Source of the DNA: Octopus vulgaris | Taxonomy: Eukaryota | Assembly: GCA_951406725.2 (NCBI GenBank) | Contig: OX597839.1 | Coordinates: forward strand, 28,706,001-28,770,000 | Direction of reading: 5' to 3' | DNA length: 64,000 nucleotides | In this document: one piece after another, positions 12,101 through 25,600 of the stretch | Position numbering within the stretch: position 1 is the stretch's first letter | Layout of the letters: each line of letters begins with the position of its first letter | The notes under the pieces: model-generated | Databases searched by the model: none | What the model was told of the DNA's origin: nothing | The model's input: only the letters and a program-made list of their open reading frames with translations | Translations under genes and position numbers: made by a program

Positions 12101-12612
12101 TTACATATATATAAACTTAACCAGATGAAAATGGGTGACCTACATGAATTCCTTCTCTCTGCCAAAGCCAATTTATGTAATACTCTCATGGCAGATAAGG
12201 CTTCCAGGAGGTTTGATGTGATATTTACCAGGATAATATAAATACATATTGTATATTTTTTTTAAAAAATATGTGCTAGGTAGGAGCGTATTTAACTTCT
12301 TTGGGATATTTTGGGGGATTTTTTGATATTTTTTTTTGGTATTTCTAACCCCTCTCAGAGTTTGAGTTTGAAGAATTTGGTGTTGGTTTTGTATGAAATT
12401 CTTTGAAATAGTTGAAATGCTAATGTGACATGTTGCTGGAAGAAATGGTGGCTTTGTATATTTTTGCTAAAAATAAACAGATTCACTGCTTGCTTCTTTC
12501 TTTTCTTTTTCTTTTTTTCACTCTCATTTGTGTGTGTGTGTGTTTACATATATATATATATATATACACATGCACACATAGATACACATACATACACAGT
12601 CTCACACACATA

Positions 12613-12661
<49 letters not shown>

Positions 12662-12828
12662 TGTGTGTGAGACTGTGTAGGTATGTGTATCTATGTGTCC
12701 ATGTGTATATTTATATATATATAAATATATAGACATATACATGTGTGTGTTTGTATACACACACACATAAAGATATGTATGTATTTATATATATATATTT
12801 ATATATATATGCATATATATGTATTTGA

Positions 12829-12864
<36 letters not shown>

Positions 12865-13304
12865 TATATATTATATAAACACATATGTATCTGTATATGT
12901 GTATATATTTATATGCATGTATATATGTACATATGCATTTGTTGTGTGTGTGTGTGTGTGCATATATATATATATATATACATACATATATACCCATATG
13001 TTTACGCTTATATATTCATAAATATATACATGCTTATATACACACACACACACACACACACTTATATGCATGCACATACAAACACACACATACAAACACA
13101 CACATATATATACACTCATATACACAAAGAATGTGGAATATGCTCGCATGGGTGATGACATATCTATAACAACATATTGATAACCATCACTACACACTTC
13201 CGGTCACACAACTGGTCTCTCAGTACACAGAAGTGTACTTAATATATACACACACATGTATAATACATGCATATATATGTATTATACACACGTGCCTAAG
13301 CCTA

Positions 13305-13600
13305 GGTGAAGGCATGAGTGGTTAGACCATTCAGTTCGCAATTATAAGGTTGTGAGTTCAATTCTCGCTGGTGTGTTGTGTCCTTGAGCAAGACACTTTA
13401 TTTCACATTTCTCCAGTCCACTCAGCTGGCAAAAATGAGTAGAACCTGTATTTCAAAGGGGCCAGCCATGTCACATTCTATGTCATGCTGAATCTCCATG
13501 GGAACTACGTTAAGGGTACGCATGTCTGTGGAGTACTCTGCCACTTACATGTTAATTTCATGAGCAGGCTGTTCCATTGATTGGATCAACTGGTATAACT
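13305..13600 (+). mobile_element. Chimeric SINE: tRNA head, GTGTCCTTGAGCAAG core and OR1-like 3' part
   Basis: The 3' part matches 32594-32745; the head and core match 29200-29355 (minus). Confidence 0.7.
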
Positions 13601-15121
13601 GGAACATATATATAAACATGTGAAGCATTCCAGGCTCTTTGCTTTCCCTCCGTTCTTTTTCTCTCTCCTTTCCGTCAAAGAGCATAGGCTCGAAACATCA
13701 AAGACTGTTCCATTTTTCCTGAGCATCAAACTGTTGTTCCCTCACCTGTCTTTGTCTTGTTTTTACTACAGTTAAACCATTACATATTCTTTTATTTGTT
13801 TGTCATTTGACTGTGGCCACGCTGGAGCACCGCCTTTAGTCGAAGAAATCAACCCCAGGACTTATTCTATTAGTCTCTTTTGCCAAACCGCTAAGTTGGA
13901 ATTTTCTTCAGGTCGAGTATCCTATCCTACTCAAATGGTCCTTGAATAAGGGTTGTTTAAGGATGTTGAATGAAACACCCATGTTTCCTAAGGTGAATTA
14001 TCCAAACCCCAAAGAATTCCGCTCAACCAGTCATGAACTGAGGTAAATTCACTCCCTATACAAACTCACCACCACCACCGCCACCACCCCTTACTGAAAT
14101 CTGTGTCCTTCTGCTAATTTTAGAAATTAACATTTTTTTTCCTTCAGTTTCATTTATTTTATTGATTTTTTTCCAGTTGTTTTTGTACATGTTTATGTTT
14201 TTGTTTTATTTTTGTTTAACTGTAAACTCCTCACCCTGCTTCCATGTACCCCCTCCTGTTTCCACCTCCACCACTCCCACCCCCACTCCATAAGTTTACT
14301 GGTTTCTCTTATTTAAACAACTCTGCCTTTTTTTTTTACTTTCCATCCTTGCCCATCACCGGCCCATCACCTTTTGTTTCTAGTAATGTTGACAGTAGCT
14401 TGTCAAACAATTTAACTGACTCTTAGGCCCAATTTCCACCCATCCCTCTTCACCTGTAGGATTCCACCCTTCCCTTATCCACCATCCCCTCTACTGGGCC
14501 TTTATCCACCCTGCCTCCTCCTCCATCCCCCACCGTCCACCACCTGTTTCCCTCCCTCTACCCACCCACCCCGTCTCCCTGCACCTGTCCCTCTTCATCC
14601 ATTGGCTTCCACCCATCCCCACCACATGTCCTTCGGGGGGGGGGGGGCACCTGTCCCCCTCCATTCATCCATCATCCACCTGCCCACCTCCACCTCTTTG
14701 TTGACTCTTGCTACCCACTTCCACCCACCACCACCACCTTTCAACCCTTTCATCTTCCAACTTCCTGGCTTCACTACTGCCTAAATTACCTTCAATCTGC
14801 TTATCTTTCCCTCCAAGAAGCCACCCCACCACTTGCACATCCACCTACTCCTCCACTTAAGGTCCAGTTGACCCAACTTTACATTAATCAGTTCCCCACC
14901 TTCCCTTCACTTCCCTACCAGATTCTTCTTTAACCCCCATCCCGCCCCATACCCTATTATTTCTCATCATACACAGACTTTTAAAAGAAATAAACACCTT
15001 AGCATTCAAACCAGCCATACCCCATCTCCAGCCAAGATACCCTGCCTGTTTTATATTCATACTGGCCACATCCAGCCTTTCATACTTGCCCTACAATATC
15101 ATTCTAAAAATAAATGATCAG

Positions 15122-16151
15122 ATGCGTAGGAGTGGCTGTGTGGTAAGTAGCTTGCTTACCAACCACATGGTTCCGGGTTCAGACCCACTGCGTGGCACTT
15201 TGGGCAAATGTCTTCTACTATAATAGCCTCAGGCCAACCAAAGCCTTGTGAGTGGATTTGGTAAATGGAAACTGAAAGAAGCCCGTCATATATATGTATA
15301 TGTATATACATATGTGTGTGTGTTTGTCCCCCCAACATCGCTTGACAACTGATGCTGATGTGTTTACATCCCCGTAACTTAGCGGTTCGGCATAAGAGAC
15401 TGATAGAATAAGTACTAAGTTTACAAACAATAAGTCCTTGGGTCGGTTTGCTCGATTAAAGGCGGTGCTCCAGCATGGCTGCAGTCAAATGACTGAAACA
15501 AGTAAAAGAGTAAGAGTAGATGTGGTTGTGTGGTAAGAAGCCTCCTTCCCAATCACAGGCTTCTGGGTTCAGTCCCACAGTGTGACACTTTAGGCAAAGT
15601 GTTTTCAACTATAGCCTTCGGCCAACAAGAGTTTTGTGAGTTGATTTGGTAGATGGAAACTTAAAGAAGCCCCCATCATATATATCTGCGTGTGTGTTTT
15701 TTTGTGACTGTGTCTGTCCCCACCACCACTTGACAGCTGGTGTTGGAATGTTTACATCCCCGTAACTTAGCAGTTTGGCAAAAGAGACCGACAGAATAAG
15801 TACTAGGCTTACAAAGAACAAGCCCTGGAATCAATTTGTTTGACTAAAGGCAGTGCTCTAGCATGGCCGCAGTCAAAATGATTGAAACAAGTAAAAGAAT
15901 ATACTTTTATTCTTTTATTTCTTTCAGTCATTTGACTGCGGCCACGCTGGAGCACCGACATTTGTTGAACAGATTGACAACAGGGCTTATTCTTTGTAAG
16001 CCTAGTACTTATTCTATCGGTTTCATTTGCCAAACTGCGGTTGTGGTGACGTAAACACACCAACATCGGTTGCCAAGCAATGGTGGTGGGGGAACAAACA
16101 CAGACACACAAATACATACATACATACATAATATATATATATATGTGTGTG

Positions 16152-16201
<50 letters not shown>

Positions 16202-16278
16202 TATACATATATATATATACATATATATATATACATATATATATACATACATATATATATACATACATATATATATAC

Positions 16279-16328
<50 letters not shown>

Positions 16329-18045
16329 GACAGGCTTCTTTCAGTTTCCGTCTACCAAATCCACTCACAAGGCTTTGGTCAGCCAAGGGCTATAGTAGCA
16401 GACACTTGCCCAAGGTACCACAGTAAAAAGATATATCTCTCTCTATATAAACGGCAGTTTGTCTGTGCGTGTTTCTGTGTGTCTGTTTTCTTGTACCCTC
16501 ACCCTGACCACGGCTTTCAACCGATTCTGATGAAACTTGACACACACATAGCCCAATGTCATAATTCAAAATTAACGCAGCGAAAATTTTGAAAAGTTCC
16601 CCCAGTTCTGAAAAAAATCGATAAATTCGACATGGGGTCGAGAATCAGAAACACAAACCGCAAACTGTCTCCACCTTTTTTAACTAAAAAAAAATTTACC
16701 ATCATTTTTTTCCATCTTTTTGCTATTTTTTGGCTATAACTCTCTAAAAATGCTTTATAGTTATTTCCCTTACAAACCTGAGCAACGCCGGGCGATACTG
16801 CTAGTTTATATATAATTTTTACGAGATTATATCTTGTAATCAACTGAGAAGACACAACCGATGTTAGTATGTTTACATCCCCGTAACATAGTGGTTCGGC
16901 AAAAGAGACCAATAGAATAAGTACTGGGCTTACAAAGAATAAGTCCTGGGGTTCATTTGTTCGACTAAAAGCAATGCTCCAGCATGGCCACAGTCAAATA
17001 ACTGAAACAACTAAAAGAATAAACAAATGACATGCCTGCAAGGTAAGAAGCTTGTTTCCTAACCACATGGTTCCGGGTTCAGTCCCACTGCATGGCACCT
17101 TGGGCATGTATCTTCTATGATGGCCACAGACCGACCAAAGCATTGTGAGTGGTAGTTGGAAACTGAAAGAAGCCCATCATATATATATGTGTGTATATAT
17201 TTGTGTGTGTGTCTATGTTTGTTCCCCCACCATCACTTGCCAACTGATGCTGGTGTGTTTATATCCACCATAACTTAACAGTCTGGCAAAAGAGACCGAT
17301 AGAATAAGTAGTAGGCTTACAAAGAATAAGTCCTGGGGTTGATTTCTTGGCAGCAGTCAAATGACTGAAACGAATAAAGAATAAAAGAACCCCCAGTAAT
17401 CTTTCGACTGTCGTAAGTGTTATGTTCGAAAACCTCCCACAGAAATAATTAAAATCTAAAAAAATATAAATTGCTTTTGCCTGCAGAAACCCATGAGATG
17501 TTGAATATAAATTTACATATGTCAGCCAGAAAAATCTGTGATATACTGCGTGCTTGATAGGTGAACCAGGATGTACTGAGTACGCAATTAGTGAACCGCG
17601 TTATAGCAAGGGATTACTGTACATACATAATATATATATGTATATTTTTTTTTTACTTGTTTCGGTCATTTGACTGCGGCCATGCTGGAGCACCGCCTTT
17701 TAGTCAAGCAAATTGACCCCAGGTCTTATTCTTTGTAAGCCTAGTACTTATTCTATCGGTCTCTTTTGCCGAACCGCTAAGTAACAGGGACGTAAACATA
17801 CCAGCATCGGTTGTCAAGCGATGTTGGGGGAACAAACACAGACACACAAACACACACACACATATATATACATATACATATATACGACAGGCTTCTTTCA
17901 GTTTCCGTCTACCAAATCCACTCACAAGGCTTTGGTCGGCCCGAGGCTATAGTAGAAGACACTTTCCCAAGGTGCCACGCAGTGGGACTGAACCTGGAAC
18001 TATGTGGTTGGTAAACAAGCTACTTACCACACAGCCACACCTGCA
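15122..18045. mobile_element. Cluster of six major-family SINE copies (15122-15516+, 15518-15900+, 15905-16420-, 16850-17025+, 17035-17388+, 17650-18045-)
   Basis: Direct similarity to the other family copies. Confidence 0.85.
16436..16804 (+). mobile_element. Non-autonomous Helitron-like element
   Basis: 5' TC(TC)nTATATAAA, 3' GC-rich GAGCAACGCCGGGCGATACTG-CTAG, inserted between A and T; related 3' end at 38143-38460 (minus). Confidence 0.7.
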
Positions 18046-18055
18046 TATATATATA

Positions 18056-18306
18056 TCACCTTGATCACCTTGACCGACCAGTCCCTCAGGCGTCCATTTG
18101 ACACCGCTGGTCACAGCACGCTGTCCACTCCACTCTGGATTGTGCCATTCTCATCCACGTGATCCCAATTGTCCTCCTGAAATCGTAACTCCACTGTCGT
18201 GGAGGCCTTAACAGCTCAAAGAGCCATGGAAAGGTCAATGCTTGGTATCTCGTTGAGAGAGCACATCAGTAGCGAGATCATCAGAAAGAAGTCCAGCGTG
18301 AAGGAT
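18056..18306. mobile_element. RTE LINE fragment with an inverted 5' segment
   Basis: Minus 18199-18086 encodes RQWSYDFRRTIGITWMRMAQSRVEWTACCDQRCQMDA* followed by a (TCAAGGTGA)2 tail; plus 18199-18306 encodes VEALTAQRAMERSMLGISLREHISSEIIRKKSSVKD. Confidence 0.75.
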
Positions 18307-19303
18307 ATATATATATATATATATATACCATCATCATCATCATCATCATTATTATTACATGCCACTGGCATGGGAGCCAGTCAGCCGGCACTGGCAACAA
18401 TCATGCTCGAATAGTGATTTTTAAGTGCCACTAGCATGGGACCAGTCAGGCGGCACTAGTATTGACCATGCTTGAATAGTACTTTTTAAGTTCCACTGGC
18501 TTGGGTGCCAATCAAACTTGACTCAACAGGTCTTCGCAAGTGCATTTTATTGCCTAATTATTGAAGGGTAATCTTAAATGGGCCGGTTATGCTGCACTGG
18601 CATAGGCCACAGTTACGGTCTCACTTGGCTTGCCGGGTCTTCTCAAGCACAACATATCTCTAAAGGTCTCGGTCACTTGTCATCGCCTCCATGAGGTTCG
18701 TTTGAACAGAAAGAACACAAGAAGAAGAAAACACATCAAGTGGAAATCCAACAAAAAACATACGGAAAAAAAAGGATGATAACATAACAAACAGGAAACT
18801 GGATAAAAACAAGATACACAGCCCATTCGCAGCCGATTTCCTTGTCAGTCAATATCCGGAATGTCCTAGCAGTTTCATACTTTTTACCATTGAGACCACT
18901 AGATTCCGGCAAGTGCCAGAAGATTAGGCTTCTGGGAAAAGCAGACGAATGTATACAAGAACAAAAACAAGAACAAACCAGCTGAAAAAAATACGTATAG
19001 AATACAACATGAGGAAATAATAAAAGTGCAACAGAAAAAGAATTATACATATACAACAGAAAAACACCTTTCAGTTATACAACGGAAAGAAAATAATAGT
19101 ACATTTACAACATATATATATATATTACGGAGATGTACTTGCATGGCAAGTGATTTGATCTGAGATCGTGTGCTGAAACGAAAACAATTGCAGCGTGGTA
19201 GGTGTTTGTAAGCCAAGAAACACACAAAAGCCGTTTGATTCACTTCAACGGCTTTTGTGTGTTTCTTAAATGGCTTACAAACACCTTCCACACTGCAATT
19301 GTT

Positions 19304-19339
<36 letters not shown>

Positions 19340-19820
19340 ATTGAAGAAATGGAGTTGAACGAAGATTGAACAGAAATCGTTTTATTTCAATCTTCGTTCA
19401 ACTCTATTTCTTCAATTCACTAAATATATTAAAATTCAATTATCCGCACCAACGCACGGTTGCAACACCATATGGTTGTACCTCCAACCGTGCTGTCTTC
19501 TGCTGTGATTTTTGCTACCAAGGTATCTGTTAAACTTTTGATTAATCTGCAACAAGATTATTCATCTTTCTATTTCACATTATATATATATATGAGGAAC
19601 AAGTTTGAGGAACAAAGAAGAGACGCGCTTACAGACAAGAGACGCAGGAGGAAGGCGTGAGCTGCCTCTGACACCACACCAGATGTTACCTTATATATGT
19701 ATGTATATATATATATATTATCACCATTATTGTTATTTTACATTCCACTTTCCATGCTGGCATGAGTTGGACAGGTTATCATGACTGAAAGAAATAATTA
19801 ATAAAATATAAAACATTATA

Positions 19821-20220
19821 GGCGCAGGAGTGGCTGTGTGGTAAGTAGCTTGTTTACCAACCACATGGTTCTGGGTTCAGTCCCACTGCGTGGCAGCTTG
19901 GGCAAGTGTCTTCTACTATAGCCTCGGGCCGACCAAAGCCTTGTGAGTGGATATGGTAGACGGAAACTGTAAGAAGCCCGTCGTATATATGTATATATGT
20001 GTGTGTGCGTGTATGTTTGTGTGTCTGTGTTTGTCCCCCTAGCATTGCTTGACAACCGATGCTGGTGTGTTTATGTCCCCGTAACTTAGCGGTTCGGGAA
20101 TTGAGAACGATAGAATAAGTACTGGGCTTACAAAGAATAAGTCCCAGGGTCGAGTTGCTCGATTAAAGGCGGTGCTCCAGCATGGCCGCAGTCAAAATGA
20201 CTGAAACAAGTAAAAGAGTA
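19821..20220 (+). mobile_element. Major SINE, full length
   Basis: Family similarity. Confidence 0.9.
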
Positions 20221-20798
20221 TTCAAGTTTGAAGCAAATTTTCAAAACGTTGCTGATGAGAAGACGATGGCGGATAGAATCTCTCCTGATATGAAAGATAT
20301 TTACTCACTCCTGATATGAAAGGTGTTTTACGAGAGTTGATAGTTATTAGGTTTCCTTATTTCCTTTGACCCCTAAAACATCCCGGGGGCTTCAAGCATT
20401 CGCTTGTTTATTTGTGTAGTGTAATAAATGGTCCTTGACAACGTCTATTACAGGGGACTCCACCACCATCACCACCACTTCCACCACCGTCTTTCATATC
20501 GCATGTCTTTAAATCGCCGCCCGTCGGCCGGGCCCCGTACTTTTACGCTGCCATTCCATCTGTTTGTCTTTGCGAGGCTTACCTTTCTCACTCGTCTCTC
20601 CCGGTCTCCATTTCCTGAATCTGTTGCGGTACACACACACACACACACGATCTCTCTCTCTCTCTCAGTATCTCTCACACACACACACACACACACACAC
20701 GATCTCTCTCTCTCTCTCTCAGTATCTCACACACACACACATACGCATACGTAGATACATATACATATGATCGCACACATTTGCATTCATACACGATA

Positions 20799-20835
<37 letters not shown>

Positions 20836-21024
20836 TACGCAATTACACATACACACATCAATACAAATGCATACCTCCACATGTCTATAAGTCTCGCTCT
20901 CTCCCTCTCCCTCCCTCTCTTTCTCTTTCTCTCTCATCTTCCTTCCCCCCTCTCTCTCACTTCCTTAACCTCTACTTCCTCTTACACGCATTCTCCACTT
21001 CTTTTTAATAGTGTTCTGAAACTA

Positions 21025-21064
<40 letters not shown>

Positions 21065-21164
21065 CCTCCCTCCCACACATTACAACTTATCGTTTTCCTC
21101 TATTTTATATCTCCGTCTGTTTAATGCCTGTCTCTCACAACCGATGTATGAGTGTGTGTGTAGG

Positions 21165-21274
21165 TATCTATCTATTTGTCTGTCTATCTATCTTTATCTA
21201 TCTGTCTACCTGTCTACCTGTCTATCTATCTATCTACCTTCCTATCTTCTAAATCTGTCAACAAATCTATTTAC

Positions 21275-21331
<57 letters not shown>

Positions 21332-21332
21332 C

Positions 21333-21415
<83 letters not shown>

Positions 21416-21615
21416 CATCCATCCATCCATCCATCTATCTACCTACCTACCTACATATCTGTCTGTCTGCCTGTCTGTCTGTCTGCCTGTCTGTCTGTCT
21501 ATCTATCTATCTGTCTGCCTGTCTGTCTGTCTATCTATCTATCTGTCCGTCTGTCCGTCCGTCCGTCTATCTATCTATCTATCTATCTATCCATGTGTCA
21601 ATCTATCTATCTGCC
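21165..21615. repeat. (TATC)n/(TGTC)n microsatellite (similar tracts at 34475-34955 and 51905-52425)
   Basis: Directly visible. Confidence 0.95.
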
Positions 21616-22480
21616 TCTCTGTATACTATGGGCATCTCTCAGACCAACGACGGAACCCTACCTAGTCGTTCTGCCGTCTAGAAACAACAGCAAAAAAAAA
21701 AACTCCTCATTCCCAGAAATCACACCTTACTGTTTTAAAAAGAACAGAAAAGAGGAGACATTATTAGCTAAAAACTGCAGGAACCCATCACACACACACA
21801 CACACACACACACGCCACAAGAGAAAGGAAGAGAGGAAAGAGGGAAGTGAGGGAGGAAGGAACAGAGGAATAGGAGAAAGGAAGGAAGCAAGAAAAAGAA
21901 AAAAAGAAAAAGAGAGGCAGAAGGAAAAGAAAGAAGGAAAGAAAAAGGAAGAAAGAATGAAACTAACCAACAAAAAAGAAAGGAAGATAGAAAGAAAGGA
22001 ACAGAGGGAAAGAAAGAAAGAACGACAGAAAAAACGAAAGAGAGAGAGAGAGAAATTTTCAGCTGGAACATGTTACATAATGGTAAGCCGGTTCCATCAG
22101 GTCACTGACCTAGGGCTAAACAGCAGCAGCAGCAGCAACAACAACCACAACAACTGCTCTCCACTCTTTTCCATTGTTTTTCGTCTCTTTAACCCTGTCT
22201 GACAACTTTTTAATATTCTTCTTACCTGGAAGGTAACAACATACCAACACCACCATTGGTATCTCTCTCTCTCTCTCTTTCTCACTCCCTCTCTCTCTCT
22301 CTCACTTCCCCCCCTCTCTCTCTCCCTATCTATCTATCTTGCTCCTGGCGGCGGCGGCGTCTTTCACTTTTAAATGTTAATGACTTTCCATTCTGACACA
22401 ACGCAATTTTGGATTTATTTAGAGAAAGAGAGGAGGAAGAGGCAGATAAATAGATAGATAGATAGAGGGGGAAGAGAGAG

Positions 22481-22672
22481 AGAGAGAGAGAGGAAGTGGA
22501 GAGAGACAGATAGACAGAAGGAGGGGGAAGAGAGAGAGAGGAAGTGGAGAGAGACAGATAGACAGAAGGAGGGGGAAGAGAGAGAGAGGAAGTGGAGAGA
22601 GACAGATAGACAGAAGAAAGGGGAAGAGAGAGAGAGGAAGTGGAGAGAGACAGATAGACAGAAGGAGGGGGA
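22481..22672. repeat. 48-bp purine-rich minisatellite, ~4 copies
   Basis: GAAGTGGA anchors at 22493, 22541, 22589 and 22637. Confidence 0.85.
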
Positions 22673-23249
22673 AAGAGAAAGAGATAGAGAGACAGAGAGG
22701 GGGAAGAGAAGAGAAACAGTAACATAGGCAGAGGGTGGGGAACAACAGATATGGAGGAGAGAAGAGAAAAACAGATAGATGGAAGCGAAAGAGAGACAAA
22801 GAGAGAGGAGAACAGGGAGGGAGGGGAAGAAAGAGAGACACAGGAAGGTAGGGGAAGAAAGAGAGACAGAGAGAGTGAGGAGAGGGGGGGTAGATAGACA
22901 AAGAAGGAGGAGAAGAGAGACGGAGAGAGTGAGGAGTGATTGAGAGAGGTAGGGAAGAGAGAGGGGACAGGAAAGGGAGAAAGAGAGAAAGAGAATCTGA
23001 CTGAAATAGGGATGGAGGGGGAAGAGTGAGAGACAATTAAGAGGGGAAGAAGGGGAAAGAGAAAGGGTGACAGACTGACAGAGGAAGGGAGGGGAAGGTG
23101 GAGAGATGGATGGGAGGGGAAACAGAGACAAAGAGAGGAAAGAGAGAGAGCTTGAAAGAGATTATTCCAAATGCAAAATCTCTTTCTGTGTGTGTCTGTC
23201 TATGTATATACATGTTTGTGTATATGTATGTATGCATGTGTTATGTACG

Positions 23250-24440
23250 TACAGGGTGCAGTGGATATATAAATTACATGAAAATGAAAAATAACACTGA
23301 CATCTCATTTTAACAGATGTATTTACCAAAATTACATAAAATTATCTTGAGATACTACTCTCTTTTACTCTTTTACTTGTTTCAGTCATTTGACTGTGGC
23401 CATGCTGGAGCACCGCCTTTAGTCGAGCAAATCGACCCCCGGGACTTATTCTTTGTAAGCCCAGTACTTATTCTATCCGTCTCTTTTGCCGAACCGCTAA
23501 GTGACGGGGATGTAAACATACCAGCATCGGTTGTCAGGCGATGTTGGGGGGACAAACACAGACACACAAACACATACACATATATATATATATACATATA
23601 TACGACAGGCTTCTTTCAGTTTCCGTCTACCAAATCCACTCACAAGACATTGGTTGGACCAAGGCTATAGTAGAAGAAACTTTCCCAAGATGCCACGCAG
23701 TGGGACTGAACCCGGAACCATGTGGTTGGTTAGCAAGCTACTTACCACACAGCCACTACTGTGCCTACTAACGAGTAAATTTATTTAAATAAAATCTCCA
23801 TTGGCTTTGACCATGGGCTCCAGACAACTTTGGAATTTCCTGCAACTCTTCTGGACAGTCTCCTTGTTTAAGTTGGTGAATGTTGCCATAATTCTTGCCT
23901 TCAGTTCATCTTTGGTGTTACAAGCAGTTTTGTTGGTCTCTTGCTCAACTGTGCCCCACACAAAATAATCAAGGGAGTGAGTTGCAGTCTGGGGAGTTAG
24001 GTGGCCAGATGTTAGGGGTGATGTGGTTGCAGAAATTGTCTGACAGCCATGACTGGGTTCTCCTGCTTGTGTGGCATGGTGCAGAGTCCTGTTGCCACCC
24101 TCTTGACCCAAAGCAGCACTACCTCCTCCGGGCACTTGACGTTGGCCTCCGTGTTGAGTCTGAGGCCTTGTGGAAAGATAAATGGAGGCATAACGTTGCC
24201 ATCACTAGTGACCACTCCAAACACCATGATGTTGTCTGAATGTTTGATTTTTATCACTCTCAGTACGTGTTTTAGGGACATGGCAAGCAAACACCTTTGC
24301 TCTCTATGTTCACCATCTGTTCATATTGGAGCTTCTTGTGTGAATGCCAAGTAATACAGCATGTCGTTTCCAAATTTCTGGCAGAGTGAATTGTGACATG
24401 GCACTGTTTTTCTCACAAACAGTGCCCAACTGACCCTACT
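23250..24440 (-). pseudogene. Decayed DD37D (maT-type) Tc1/mariner transposon, interrupted by a SINE
   Basis: Minus strand WQQDSAPCH...IWPPNSPDCNSLDYFVW has 37 aa between the catalytic Asp residues after removing a 4-bp ACTC duplication; C-terminus ...ANGDFI* at 23785; terminus TA-CAGGGTG at ~23250. Confidence 0.8.
23357..23764 (-). mobile_element. Major SINE nested in the DD37D element
   Basis: Family similarity; TACTA occurs on both sides; empty-site homologue at 50150-50310. Confidence 0.85.
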
Positions 24441-24462
24441 ATACTATGTACCTACTATACTA

Positions 24463-24498
<36 letters not shown>

Positions 24499-25080
24499 TA
24501 TACATATATGAATGTACATAGTCAATTCAATGAACAAATGATTCAAAAATTGAATAAAAACAAAAAGAGAAAAAAAAAAAGACAAATATATGCACGAGAA
24601 TTACATTAGTCTGACACTCAGTGAGAGGAGAAAGTTTTTAATGTTTCAAACAGCAGCTCTTTGTTGGAAAGGAGAAAATGAAAAGTCTAAAAAAGAAGAA
24701 GGAAATTGCCAATAGCCAATGTGTGGTTACAGTTCTGAATGTATGTATATATAAATATTTAGATATATATGAACTGGGAAGAACAACTGCCATGTCTAGC
24801 AGATGGGTATAACCAGTATCAAGGAAGGGTAATACCCAGAAACCAGCTGGTCTATTGGTTCCTGTCAATGCTGGATGGGAGTTATTCGATTCTTGTTTGC
24901 AATACAACAGACACAGAAAGTGTGTTGTTAACCAGCTGAAGGAGATGTCCTCCTGGGGCTGAAAAAAGCAGTAACCGTGTTCTGTATGGAACAACCAAAT
25001 TGAAGTGGTAACAACCATTACTGCTCAGTAGAGTTATTACTTGTGTCTTGTATAGAGATTTTTAGAACTAGCTACTTTGC

Positions 25081-25166
<86 letters not shown>

Positions 25167-25555
25167 GTTTAACGTCCGTTTTCTGCGCTAGCATGGGTTG
25201 GATGGTTCGACCGGGGTCTGGGGAGCCAGGGGCTGCTCCAGGCTCCACTCTGATCGGGCAGAGTTTCTACGGCTGGATGCCCTTCCTAACGCCAACCACT
25301 CCGCGAGTGTAGTGGGTGCTTTTTACGTGCCACCTGCACAGGTGCCAGAGGGGTCTGGCATCGGCCACGATCGGTTGGTGCTTTTTATGTGCCATCGGCA
25401 TAGAAGCCAGTCGAGGCGGTGCTAGCATCGGCCACGTTCGGATGGTGCTTTTTATGTGCCACCGGCACAGAAGCCAGTCGAGGCGGTGCTGGCATCGGCC
25501 ATGTTCGGATGGTGCTTTTTATGTGCCACAGAAGCCATTCGAGGCGGGATATATC

Positions 25556-25600
<45 letters not shown>

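Noticed and set aside
22330-23131. Long Leu/Ser/Pro-rich minus-strand ORFs
   Set aside because: Polypyrimidine tract lacks stops by composition.
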